Positions 38,553-47,789 of a stretch of DNA of 64,000 nt are shown one piece after another. The DNA is from a virus, in the IMG/VR virus record IMGVR_UViG_3300001533_002283, positions 108,182 through 172,181 of that record, one strand, 5' to 3'. How positions within the stretch are numbered: position 1 is the first letter of the stretch; each line of letters begins with the position of its first letter. Under the pieces are notes generated by a model, which did no database searches, was not told the origin of the DNA, and saw only the letters and a list, made by a program, of their open reading frames with translations. The position numbers and the translations under genes were made by a program.

Positions 38553-39194
38553 TTATCCCCGAATTTTCCTCTTGAATATTTCGATGAACTCAAAGAGGTA
38601 ATTTCCCTTGTAAGGTTTAAACTCCCCGCGACCAGTGTTGATTAATTTGCCGGTCTTATCTTTGGCTTCGATGCCGCCGCCGCTTAAACTGTAAGCTTTA
38701 TCGCTAAAATCCCTAAATAAGAAGTTAGGAAGCCCCCTTAATCCATTTACCAATGCATCAATCCAGCCGCGTTGCGTTCCCCAAGGTAATTTACTTATAT
38801 TATTTATTTCTTGAATTTGCGGTATTTGAACTTTACCGGTAATAACATACTCCCCGCGTTGATTAACTCCACCTTGGGTTAAACTCACTATTCTAACATT
38901 ATCTTGTAAAATCTCTCTAACTTCTTCTACGGGATTTCTATCGTCTTCAATACCGAAAAAAGCATAAAGATTTCCATTCGGGACTAGTCCATCTTGAAAC
39001 TCTCCGCGTTCTGCTCTGTCCATATTAGAGGCGGATTCTAATGAAACGCTTGGAGGCGCACTTTCAAACGAGCGAATCAGTTGATTTTTCGCCACTTCTA
39101 CTTCTCTCGTTATCATTTTTTGTAAACGCGGGGCCATTGAGCGATTTAGTCCTTCGCCCATTTCCCTTCTTAAATTTACAATATTGACTTGCAT
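38553..39194 (-). CDS. Putative neck/tail-completion protein
   Basis: Synteny in head-tail joining block. Confidence 0.45.
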   Translation of the reverse strand: MQVNIVNLRREMGEGLNRSMAPRLQKMITREVEVAKNQLIRSFESAPPSVSLESASNMDRAERGEFQDGLVPNGNLYAFFGIEDDRNPVEEVREILQDNVRIVSLTQGGVNQRGEYVITGKVQIPQIQEINNISKLPWGTQRGWIDALVNGLRGLPNFLFRDFSDKAYSLSGGGIEAKDKTGKLINTGRGEFKPYKGNYLFEFIEIFKRKIRG

Positions 39195-39655
39195 TAGTTA
39201 AGAGCCATTAAATAGTAATCCCAAAATTGCGGGCCAACTACTCCGTGAGGGCGCGGGTCTGATTCAACCGAAAAAAGAGTTCCGTCAAATTCAATTCTTT
39301 CACATTTTTCTAAAATTGGCTTGACTGTTATATCTACTACCAGTTTCACCTTCCAATCTTTTCTCTTTAGCTGAATTTGGTCATCATTTTTTGCCCCGCC
39401 CGCACGAAGAAGCTGTTCAAGGGTAGATTCTTTGGGATAGTGGATTCTAGCTTGATAAACACCCTTGTTTATAACTTCTTCTGTTCTTGTTTGCGCCGGA
39501 CCAGAACCATAAAGAAAGTTATGATTAGTATTAGTCGATACCACCGTTTTTTTTGCGGTCTGATAGATTACAATGTCGCGTGCAAAAGTATCGTGCAAAT
39601 CCTGCATGGCAGATGCATAATCGGTGCGCTCGGAAAGTGTTAAAAGGTCTGGCAT
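39194..39655 (-). CDS. Putative head-closure (stopper) protein
   Basis: Synteny; beta-rich C-terminus IEFDG..F.V. Confidence 0.5.
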   Translation of the reverse strand: MPDLLTLSERTDYASAMQDLHDTFARDIVIYQTAKKTVVSTNTNHNFLYGSGPAQTRTEEVINKGVYQARIHYPKESTLEQLLRAGGAKNDDQIQLKRKDWKVKLVVDITVKPILEKCERIEFDGTLFSVESDPRPHGVVGPQFWDYYLMALN

Positions 39656-39665
39656 CTTCTACAAA

Positions 39666-40178
39666 TTAGAGTCTGCTACGGTTAAATCCACCATCATAAA
39701 AATCAGTGTTAGAATAAGGGTTAATCTCGTTATTGTTACCCATATTAACAAACCCAGCGGCGGCATTATTCTGTTGATAAGAAAACACCATGTCTTTCAA
39801 ATTATCATAAGATTCTTTTCTGAGTGACACGAAAGTTTTCGCCACCTCGTTTTTGTTATGACGCTTAATAGTGCTCACATCGTCTTTCAACTCTAACCAA
39901 GAATCAGTCAACGCGGCGTTAGTGGCAGAACTAACTCTACCATCGTAATAAGAAATTTTATACAACTCGCGATAAATCGCAGACTCCGCACTGCCAATTT
40001 CTGGACTCAAACAACCACTCACTCCACTATAACAAGTGTTCAGGGTGTTATTCAACTTGCCGATTCCCGCGTTGGAGGTGAACCAGCCGGAGATATAACC
40101 GATGGAAGGGGCAGAGGGTGAGCCTAATTCCTCCCATGTTCCGCTAGCTAGAATGAGAATATTTTCTTGGCAGGTCAT
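39666..40178 (-). CDS. Putative head-tail adaptor
   Basis: Synteny; start reassigned to MTCQENI. Confidence 0.5.
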   Translation of the reverse strand: MTCQENILILASGTWEELGSPSAPSIGYISGWFTSNAGIGKLNNTLNTCYSGVSGCLSPEIGSAESAIYRELYKISYYDGRVSSATNAALTDSWLELKDDVSTIKRHNKNEVAKTFVSLRKESYDNLKDMVFSYQQNNAAAGFVNMGNNNEINPYSNTDFYDGGFNRSRL

Positions 40179-40207
40179 AAAAAAGAGAAAAACTATACCT
40201 TTTAAGA

Positions 40208-40233
40208 TACAGTTTTTTCCCCCCAATCTGAAT
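40208..40233 (-). promoter_or_regulatory. Putative late promoter ATTC-N17-CTGTA
   Basis: Fixed-spacing motif. Confidence 0.7.
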
Positions 40234-40244
40234 TGTTTATCGTG

Positions 40245-40622
40245 TTATTTACCGCGCGACATAATATTTTGAACGGTGCGCAGCGATTCTTTATCTTTGT
40301 GAAGATTTTGAAACCCCTCTTGTTTCGCGGCAGTGATGTTATACCCGCTAGTTTGAACGCAAAATTCACGAAGTAGTCGCTCTAAGAGTTGAGAGCGATT
40401 ATCAATAGGGAGGATGCCACACTCATAAGCGTGGGTTTGCAACTCGGAATTTGATAGAGATTTGATATAAGCAACATATTCATCTCTATCACTGGTTTTA
40501 TACTTGTGGGTTTTCTTGCCCAAAATATCATAAATGTTGCGGGGTTGCTTAGTGGCAACAGTTACATCTTCGCCATCGGCGGCTTGCATATTTTCTAGCG
40601 TTACTTTTTTAGGACGGGTCAT
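40245..40622 (-). CDS. Hypothetical protein (MTRPKK...)
   Basis: ORF after capsid; start reassigned. Confidence 0.65.
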   Translation of the reverse strand: MTRPKKVTLENMQAADGEDVTVATKQPRNIYDILGKKTHKYKTSDRDEYVAYIKSLSNSELQTHAYECGILPIDNRSQLLERLLREFCVQTSGYNITAAKQEGFQNLHKDKESLRTVQNIMSRGK

Positions 40623-40683
40623 GTTTGTAGTGGGTTTAATTGTTAGTTTGTGTGGGGCTATCCCCCGGTGTCTCAAGCGGACA

Positions 40684-40709
40684 TACAGAAAAAAAAACCG
40701 GATGTGAAA
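40684..40709 (-). promoter_or_regulatory. Putative late promoter TTTC-N17-CTGTA
   Basis: Fixed-spacing motif. Confidence 0.7.
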
Positions 40710-40744
40710 AGTGAAGTGAAAATAGTTTTAGAATTTTGGAGAAT

Positions 40745-40777
40745 AAAAAAACCGCCCGAATGAACGAGCGGCTTTTT
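40745..40777 (-). terminator. Intrinsic terminator after major capsid gene
   Basis: AAAAAGCCGCTCG..CGGGCGGTTTTTTT hairpin on minus strand. Confidence 0.7.
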
Positions 40778-40822
40778 AAGAACGAATTAGGGTTAGCTAA
40801 CTCGTTGGGTTTCAAGGGTTTA

Positions 40823-41941
40823 TCAAAGAATAAGGCCGCTAATGCTGCGTGAGTCAACCACTGCGTAGCCTTCTTCAAGACCACCAGAGAAACCAATCTT
40901 GCCCTGACGACGAACATACTGGTCATCGGGGACAACAACAACCTGACTGGATTTGTCGCCATTGGTAGCGACAGGACGCCAGAGGCCGTCAGTATTGGCG
41001 TTAACACCAATAAGGATTTCCTCGTTGGCGGCGTTGAACACGGAGGTGCCGGAACCAGAGTGGTCAGGATACTGGATGGTACCAGCAGCCGCGCCGAACA
41101 GAGTGTTATAAGCATAACCAACACCAAGTTCATTCATCTGATGGATTGACACGTCATAGAAGCTGAGAGCACCAGCGGACTTGTAAATCTCTTCGCGGAG
41201 TTTTTCGTGAGCGGGAATGTTGGTGACGGTGCCAACGGTGTTGACGGGGTTGAAACTGAGACCGCGCAGCTTGCGAAGAACCTCCGGGGAAACCATGAGG
41301 TCAGTGAGGGACTGAGCACCAAAGACGGGGGTGCCACCGTTCCACGCGGCAAGAATACGGGCATTAAGTTCGAACATACCGAGGAAGTCATCAAGAACGA
41401 TAGTGTTCGCGGTAGCGGTGCGCTTAACGTGTTTCTTGGCAACTCCACCGTTAGTGGTTTCGGCCTGAGCAAGGGCAGAGAGAAGAACGAACGCGGCGTT
41501 AGTATCACGCTTGATAAGGAACTCTTGAGCCATGCGGTTCAGGGTCTTGGCAACAATGTCCACGTTACCCTGAGCGGCGAATTTCTTAAGGAAAGAAACG
41601 GCAGACTCAAGTTCATAAGTGGAGAATTTTAGTTCATTGATACCGTGAACTTCGCTGGAGGGAAGACCACCGGCCATTGACTGTTGCCAGACGCGAACAT
41701 ACTCGGTTTCCTTCACATCATAGAACAAGTCTAGGGGGAGGGAAGGATTAGAATATTTATCGAAAGCATAATCTTTGAAAAGATTGCTGATAGTAGGAGC
41801 CTTGTTGATAACAGTCTGGATGGTAGGACCGGCAACGGCGGCAAGAGCCTCTTGGGCCTGCATCGCCTTTACAGAATCGGTAGAAGCCATTGCTTTGACA
41901 AGTTCAACCTGCTCGGGGGTTTTTTCTAGGAAAATAGACAT
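40823..41941 (-). CDS. Major capsid protein
   Basis: 372 aa, strongly biased codons, follows protease/scaffold and decoration genes, terminator downstream, HK97-like ending EEGYAVVDSRSISGL. Confidence 0.85.
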   Translation of the reverse strand: MSIFLEKTPEQVELVKAMASTDSVKAMQAQEALAAVAGPTIQTVINKAPTISNLFKDYAFDKYSNPSLPLDLFYDVKETEYVRVWQQSMAGGLPSSEVHGINELKFSTYELESAVSFLKKFAAQGNVDIVAKTLNRMAQEFLIKRDTNAAFVLLSALAQAETTNGGVAKKHVKRTATANTIVLDDFLGMFELNARILAAWNGGTPVFGAQSLTDLMVSPEVLRKLRGLSFNPVNTVGTVTNIPAHEKLREEIYKSAGALSFYDVSIHQMNELGVGYAYNTLFGAAAGTIQYPDHSGSGTSVFNAANEEILIGVNANTDGLWRPVATNGDKSSQVVVVPDDQYVRRQGKIGFSGGLEEGYAVVDSRSISGLIL

Positions 41942-41981
41942 TTTATTTTATAATTTAATTGTTAAAAAGTTAAACTTGGTA

Positions 41982-42566
41982 TTAGAGGTCGAGGAGGAAC
42001 AGGGCGTTGCCACCAAACTTGGCGGAATTGGCGCTAATGAACTTACCGACAATCTGATCAGAGGTGTAGCCAGCACCGGTAACGGCGGAAGGGGCGAGGG
42101 CTTGAATGCGGCCACTACCAGAGTGAGAAATCACGCCAACGGAACCAATCGCGGGGGTGCCGAGGTAAGCGCCAGACTTGAGGAGGAGCATACCGCGTTT
42201 AGCAACGGGAACATTTTGACCAGAGATAACGCAGTTAAGTTTGGTCGCAAGTTCAGGATGGAACAGGAGAGATTCGCCGTTCTCGTCAACTTCGCGAGTG
42301 TCTTTGAGCATAACGCCGAGGACGCTATACTTAGTATCACCAGAAGCGGAGAGGGCGATCTTGGCCTTGCTCTCGTAACGATTAGAGAAAGTGTTGCCAT
42401 ATGTAGCCCCAACGCCGATAGACGAATAACCGTCAGCATTGTCGAGGTCGAAAGCGGTGGGTTTTACGAACAGACCGGCTTCACCGGTAGTATTGAGCGC
42501 GAAAAGGTTGATTTCCTCGTGGGGACCAACGTCGCGGAAAGGGAGTAACTTGTTTTGGATTGTCAT
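41982..42566 (-). CDS. Head decoration/cement protein
   Basis: Small Gly-rich beta protein directly before MCP with the same codon bias. Confidence 0.65.
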   Translation of the reverse strand: MTIQNKLLPFRDVGPHEEINLFALNTTGEAGLFVKPTAFDLDNADGYSSIGVGATYGNTFSNRYESKAKIALSASGDTKYSVLGVMLKDTREVDENGESLLFHPELATKLNCVISGQNVPVAKRGMLLLKSGAYLGTPAIGSVGVISHSGSGRIQALAPSAVTGAGYTSDQIVGKFISANSAKFGGNALFLLDL

Positions 42567-42609
42567 GTTATTAGTTTTTTACAGTTAAACTTTTGTTTAC
42601 AAAACCTGT

Positions 42610-42635
42610 TACAAGGATTTATGTGATTTGTGAAA
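42610..42635 (-). promoter_or_regulatory. Putative late promoter TTTC-N17-TTGTA
   Basis: Variant motif upstream of decoration/capsid. Confidence 0.65.
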
Positions 42636-42752
42636 TAAGATTTTAATTATTTTTCACTTTTTTCTTGACAAGTGGTTTTAAGCTATTCGCACAATAAAAA
42701 AGAGGCACCGATTAAAGTGCCCCTAGTTTAACATGATTTAAGACTAACTTTA

Positions 42753-44831
42753 TTATTTTTTCGCTCCGCGAACTTTAACTCCGCTAGAGAAAACACCCTT
42801 CATCTGTTCAAGAACGGCGGTAACGGGCTCAAGACCGGGGGTAAGAATGGTAGTGGCGGTGGCTTTGGCAGACGCAAGAGCTTCCTCAACAACCTCTTCT
42901 TTAGATTTTTCAACAGAGGCGACGGCCACTTCTGCTTTAGCTTTTTCAGCTTCGGCCTTAGCCTGTTTAAACGCCTTGGTCTTTTCCTTACACATTACAG
43001 CAACCTCTTTCTTGTAACCGGCATAAGCTTCGTCGTCCATGTCTTTAATCTTACCTGCAACAACTTTGCGCTCGTCATCATCAAACTCATACTCCGCGTC
43101 CATCTCGCACATACGCTCATTATATTTCTCGGCGGCGGCGCGCTGCATTTCGGCGGCTTTAATCTGTTCCATTTGGGCCTTCATTTGTTCAACAGCAGCT
43201 TTGGCTTCGGCGGCGCATTTTTGAGCTTCGGCAACGGCAGCTTCGGCAGCTTCCGCCTTGGCTTTCTCAGCCTTAATCTTTTCACACCACTCTTCGGAAG
43301 CTTTCATAACTTCTTCTGCAATTGCTTTTTTAACAACGTCGATACCCGCTTGGGCTTCGAGTTTGGAAATAGCCTCCCAATTGGCGGCGAGGTCGGCGGA
43401 TGATTTGATGTTGTCCATAGTGGTTTTAAATAAATTAGGGTTAATTATAAGGGGTGTTACAGAATTTTTGGTATCTTGTGAAGAAATTTTTTCTACCAGA
43501 TTTTTGATAGATTGAATTGGGGAAACATTTTCAGTGAAATAAGCATGAGATATTTCCACCTTGTTAAGTTCGCTTCCATCCTCTAGGGTAACATCGCAAA
43601 GGTAGCTCTTGTTAAAGTCTAAACCAGCCAATGATTCCGCCACTTCTTTACTAACTTCTGTGCAAGAAAAATCTTTTACAAGTTCTAACAGTGATTTGAT
43701 ATCAGTGGAGAATTTAACCACAGAAATTTTTTCACCCGTTTCTTTTGCCGCTAACCATTGATGATGCCCATCTAAAATATAATCATCGGAGGAAACTAAC
43801 ACCGAACGATTTCCGCCAGTGTATTCTTTAGCATTTTTAACTTTCTCGGGCGAATATTCCGCTTGGGTGGGTTTTAAAGTGGTTGAATCAACCTCGTTTT
43901 TAACATACTCCACATCTTTCCCTTTTAAATATTGAATCAACGCCCCTCTATATACCGATTTAATTTGCGGCATTTCGTTGCGGGGGACGCCTAAAGTTCC
44001 TGAGTCTTCACCAAATTTTTCCCAGTCTGAACCGGCTCTTGCAGATTCGCCCTCATTTTTAATATTGAGGCTACCCGTGTCAATTACTTCAATGCCTTTT
44101 ACAGCGGCGGCGGGGTTAATCACAAAAGAATACCCACCGATGATAACATTCGGGTTTTCGGGGCCATTAGTGTTTTTTACAACGCGATAAACATAACCCT
44201 CATCACATTTCCCATTTCCACCAAATTTTTTCAAATAAGGTTTATACTTTTCTTTCTCTCTCTCGTCCGAAACTAAACGAGCCTCTTTTATCACCTTACT
44301 GCCTACAGCAATATCAAAGTTATTAAAAAAGATTTCCCAAGAGAGTGAGACGCGATGGAAGTTTATACTAGAGGGATCACTAGATTCTACCAACAACTTT
44401 ACCAAATCTTTATTAACCGCGCGCCAAACCCCGCCCGCAACGGCAAGGTTGAATACTGATTCTTTGGATGCTTCCTCGTCATTTAACAACACTGACTCAC
44501 CGAACTTACTAGCGCCTGATTGAAGAACGAACCCTACAACCTTATCCTTCTTATGGTCAACGTTGAAATATTTATTCTTTGTTAGTTTTAATACTTCTAG
44601 TGCGGTTTCAACAGTTATAGCATCACCATTTGCGTTACACATCCCGGCGACCGCACCGTTCGCGGCGAGATATAAAATATCAGGGGAGGTTTCGGGGGTT
44701 ATATCAGGGGGCAATAAACCTTTAAGATTGTTTAAACTCGCTTTGGCAAAATACTGATCTTCATCTTCCGGCAAAATAATAGAAGCCGAGGAGAAAAACT
44801 CGGAGGAGTAAAGAAAATCTTCGGGCTGCAT
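42753..44831 (-). CDS. Prohead protease-scaffold fusion with inserted ParB/Srx-like domain
   Basis: N.NGD, NVDH, SLSWE, NPAA protease motifs; LKPTQ...ILDGHHQW insert; C-terminal AEK-rich coiled coil. Confidence 0.75.
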   Translation of the reverse strand: MQPEDFLYSSEFFSSASIILPEDEDQYFAKASLNNLKGLLPPDITPETSPDILYLAANGAVAGMCNANGDAITVETALEVLKLTKNKYFNVDHKKDKVVGFVLQSGASKFGESVLLNDEEASKESVFNLAVAGGVWRAVNKDLVKLLVESSDPSSINFHRVSLSWEIFFNNFDIAVGSKVIKEARLVSDEREKEKYKPYLKKFGGNGKCDEGYVYRVVKNTNGPENPNVIIGGYSFVINPAAAVKGIEVIDTGSLNIKNEGESARAGSDWEKFGEDSGTLGVPRNEMPQIKSVYRGALIQYLKGKDVEYVKNEVDSTTLKPTQAEYSPEKVKNAKEYTGGNRSVLVSSDDYILDGHHQWLAAKETGEKISVVKFSTDIKSLLELVKDFSCTEVSKEVAESLAGLDFNKSYLCDVTLEDGSELNKVEISHAYFTENVSPIQSIKNLVEKISSQDTKNSVTPLIINPNLFKTTMDNIKSSADLAANWEAISKLEAQAGIDVVKKAIAEEVMKASEEWCEKIKAEKAKAEAAEAAVAEAQKCAAEAKAAVEQMKAQMEQIKAAEMQRAAAEKYNERMCEMDAEYEFDDDERKVVAGKIKDMDDEAYAGYKKEVAVMCKEKTKAFKQAKAEAEKAKAEVAVASVEKSKEEVVEEALASAKATATTILTPGLEPVTAVLEQMKGVFSSGVKVRGAKK

Positions 44832-44840
44832 TAGGAAGTT

Positions 44841-44866
44841 TACAGAATTTTGGGATAAAATTGAAA
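44841..44866 (-). promoter_or_regulatory. Putative late promoter TTTC-N17-CTGTA
   Basis: 9 nt upstream of protease ATG. Confidence 0.75.
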
Positions 44867-44885
44867 CGGGTATTACAATGGACTT

Positions 44886-45161
44886 TTATAAAACTTCCGC
44901 CTGCCCCGATTTAACCAACTCCTTTAATCTATTGCCATGAGTTTTAGCTTCTGCGAAACCACCATCCGTAAAAGCCAACCAAATGGTGTTACCATTCTTG
45001 TTTACCACTTCTACCATTTCTTTCTCCACGTCGGTCCATCGGTGGGCATTCTTCACCCTCACAAGCTTAATCACTCCAATATCTCGCCTCTTCCAAAATT
45101 TATAACATAGAAAGAGTCCAATCAGAGTGTTTAACACTAGGGCGATTTCGGCGGCGTTCAT
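44886..45161 (-). CDS. Small membrane-anchored protein (MNAAEIAL...)
   Basis: N-terminal TM helix; ATG overlaps previous stop. Confidence 0.55.
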   Translation of the reverse strand: MNAAEIALVLNTLIGLFLCYKFWKRRDIGVIKLVRVKNAHRWTDVEKEMVEVVNKNGNTIWLAFTDGGFAEAKTHGNRLKELVKSGQAEVL

Positions 45162-45256
45162 TTGAGCAGGAGGGCGAGGATTTGAACGGCGATCACCACG
45201 ACGAGAAACGCGGCAATCGCTCGCCATTGGTCGCGGATTTCGTGGAGGAGGCGCAT
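45158..45256 (-). CDS. 32-aa membrane peptide (MRLLHEIRDQW...)
   Basis: Fills the gap exactly, ATGA-coupled to next gene, single TM helix. Confidence 0.45.
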   Translation of the reverse strand: MRLLHEIRDQWRAIAAFLVVVIAVQILALLLK

Positions 45257-45258
45257 GG

Positions 45259-45762
45259 TTAGGCGGGCCAGTTGGCGTTTGGTAAATCGGCGAGGGCGGG
45301 CGGCGAGGCGAGGAGGGCGGCTTCTTTCGCGAAGCACGCGGCGATGTGGGCGAATATCGCCGCGACGATTACGAGGATGTCGGCGGCGGTAAGGGGGACG
45401 AACACACCGTCGAGGGTTTTCCAACCCTGCACGAGGCCGGGGTTAGCTTGGGCTTGGCCCTGCATCGCGAGCCACATCACGCGGTTTTCGCGCGTCGTGT
45501 CGAAGCGGTGGCGACCGGAGGAGACGGTTACCGCCACACCGCCGGTCTCGACGCCGTAGCGGAAGGCGGCGATGTCGGCAGGTGTGGCGAGTGGAACAGG
45601 CGGGTTGGCGATGTCGTGCTCGACGTTCTGCGGGCTCGGCGTAGTGGCGGAGCGGATACCGATGGTGCGGCCGTCGGCGGTGGCGATGATGTAGCTGCCG
45701 TCCTCGTGGCCGGTGACGGTGCCGAGGCTGCAAGTGTAGGACTCGAAGGGTGTTTCGCTCAT
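45259..45762 (-). CDS. DUF4376-like tail fibre assembly protein
   Basis: RY..ETGG, FDT.R, WKT.DG.FV.LTA, HI.ACF..E motifs. Confidence 0.75.
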   Translation of the reverse strand: MSETPFESYTCSLGTVTGHEDGSYIIATADGRTIGIRSATTPSPQNVEHDIANPPVPLATPADIAAFRYGVETGGVAVTVSSGRHRFDTTRENRVMWLAMQGQAQANPGLVQGWKTLDGVFVPLTAADILVIVAAIFAHIAACFAKEAALLASPPALADLPNANWPA

Positions 45763-45767
45763 GGTAA

Positions 45768-47738
45768 TTAGACGCTGTGGCCGGTGATGGTTGTGCGGAT
45801 GGGGTCGGCGGTGGAGGAGCCGACCCAGACGTTTGCGGTGGCGGTTTTGCGAGTGACGAGCGCGGGCGTGTTGATGCCGGCGGCGAGGGCTCCGCTGGCC
45901 TTGTATTGAGCCCCGCCCGATGCGCTGCCGACCGTCGTGGTGGGCGTGCCGGTCTCCGGCCTCTGCTCGATGCTGTCGAGGACGTCGCGGGCGGCGTTGA
46001 GGAACGAACCGCCGAGGAGTTGCTCGTTGCCGGAGGTCGCGGTGTGAACGGTGAGCTCCCAGTCCTTACGGGTCGTCACCGGAGTGATCCCGACGAGGCG
46101 GGCGGGGTTGTCGCCGAGGAAGGTGCCGTCACCGAGCGCGGCGATGGGTAGGACTACGGGCAGGGAAAGGGCACTTTCCACCCGTCCTCTGACGTCCGCG
46201 ATATAGGCCGTGCCCGCCGATACGGTGCGGAACAACATCGACCCCACTGGGGTCGGATTTGTAATGCTGACGGTTATCTGCGTCCACGCATCTTTGACAT
46301 TCCTCGCGCCGGTTATGACCAATCCGTTCGGTGTCGCGATGCCGTTCCCTAGCACTTGCACGTCGGGCTGACCACTGGAAACGTAATACCAAACTGTGAA
46401 AACCGTTTTACGAAGATAGGTTTCCGAGGTAATCCAGCTATACCCATTGTTGGCTGAAGTAGTAAACTTTATAGCCTTTGTGGCTCCGGTCGGGTGGGAG
46501 GGCAAGCTGTCGGGGTTGGCAACGAGATCGTAGATGGACTGGGTAAAGCTAGTTTGTGCGAACATTCGGCACAGAAACCCTACCCCTATAAAAACAGTAG
46601 GGGTCTGACCGTCCGTAAAGTCTTCCGTCCAAACCCCCCCACCTAAAGCCACCCACACCGGAGGCCGCCCCGTGATGCGCCACGCTTCGCTCTCCGCGTC
46701 GGTGAGGTGGGCGTTAATCCAGCATCCGAGCGGGGCGGGACCGGCGGGCCAGTTGAGGCCGGTGACGTGGTTGGTCGCAACGAGGGAGGCGCTCAGCCAG
46801 TCGGGATCGGTGCCCGCGCCATCGGCGGCGGTGCCTGCGATTACTGTGCCGTTTACGCTCACAACCGGGGCCGAGGTGCCCGCCGTGATGCGCACCTCCA
46901 GCCAGATGCGTTGACCCGAAAAGTTGGTGCGAAGCGCGGAGCAGGTGAAGGTGCGAAAGTCGGTCGCGGGGGTCGCGCCGTTCGCGCGGACTACGAGGTC
47001 GTTCGTGATCCACGCAATGCCGAGGCTCCAAGCGGTGGCGGATGCGAGCGCGGTGGACGAGGAGGAGATGCCGGCGATTTCGGCGGTCGAGGAGGCGGTT
47101 GGCACCGTCACCCACCCGACCCAAGAGGCCAGCGTAGCCCCGGCGAGGTTGCCACGCGGGCCGGGGGTCTGGATTTGGCCGCGGTTGGAGGTGGCCCCGT
47201 CGCTCCAGAGGTAGTCGGCGGCATCGCGATACCCGTCGCCCGTTTCTAATTGCCCCACCGTCGCCGCATTTCCCGCCGCCGTGCCGCCGATGCCGGGAAC
47301 GGTGCCTGCTGTCGTGTCCGTCGCAGCAACTGCGCCTTGGTCAACTTGATTTGGGCCGTAGCTGCCGCTGTGGAAAATGCGCCGGATGACGAGCCCCTCC
47401 TGCGAGTATGCAGTCCCGCCGATTGTCGCGGTGCCGTTGCGGACGACGACTTCAAAGCCCTTGCCCTCGACCGGCACGGCAGGGTCGGTGTAGGTCGCGG
47501 TGGCCACGTTGTGGTAGACCGTATCAACCTCGGCTTGCTGGTTCGCGGAGACGACGACGGGGGTGTTGGATTTGGCGTTTAATGCAGTTTGAGTCGCACT
47601 ACTAATCGGTTTGTTAACATCACTAGTATTATCAACATTTTGAAGGCCCAAAGCGGTTTTTCCGACTGTTGGATTAACATTGCTTAATGTTTTCGTCGCC
47701 GCCCCAATTGCATCTGGTTTATCAATATTATATGCCAT
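45768..47738 (-). CDS. Tail fibre / receptor-binding protein (mosaic)
   Basis: Phage-tail-repeat LGLQNVDNTSDVNKPISSATQTALNAK, lectin-like domains, followed by chaperone. Confidence 0.75.
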   Translation of the reverse strand: MAYNIDKPDAIGAATKTLSNVNPTVGKTALGLQNVDNTSDVNKPISSATQTALNAKSNTPVVVSANQQAEVDTVYHNVATATYTDPAVPVEGKGFEVVVRNGTATIGGTAYSQEGLVIRRIFHSGSYGPNQVDQGAVAATDTTAGTVPGIGGTAAGNAATVGQLETGDGYRDAADYLWSDGATSNRGQIQTPGPRGNLAGATLASWVGWVTVPTASSTAEIAGISSSSTALASATAWSLGIAWITNDLVVRANGATPATDFRTFTCSALRTNFSGQRIWLEVRITAGTSAPVVSVNGTVIAGTAADGAGTDPDWLSASLVATNHVTGLNWPAGPAPLGCWINAHLTDAESEAWRITGRPPVWVALGGGVWTEDFTDGQTPTVFIGVGFLCRMFAQTSFTQSIYDLVANPDSLPSHPTGATKAIKFTTSANNGYSWITSETYLRKTVFTVWYYVSSGQPDVQVLGNGIATPNGLVITGARNVKDAWTQITVSITNPTPVGSMLFRTVSAGTAYIADVRGRVESALSLPVVLPIAALGDGTFLGDNPARLVGITPVTTRKDWELTVHTATSGNEQLLGGSFLNAARDVLDSIEQRPETGTPTTTVGSASGGAQYKASGALAAGINTPALVTRKTATANVWVGSSTADPIRTTITGHSV

Positions 47739-47789
47739 AAGTTTTATGCTTGCTTAATTTTTATTCTATATTGATTCTCCATTACCTTA

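Noticed and set aside
27985-47605. Many long opposite-strand or alternate-frame ORFs over tape measure, tube, capsid and the GC-rich island
   Set aside because: Shadow ORFs from codon bias and high GC; no motifs or initiation signals
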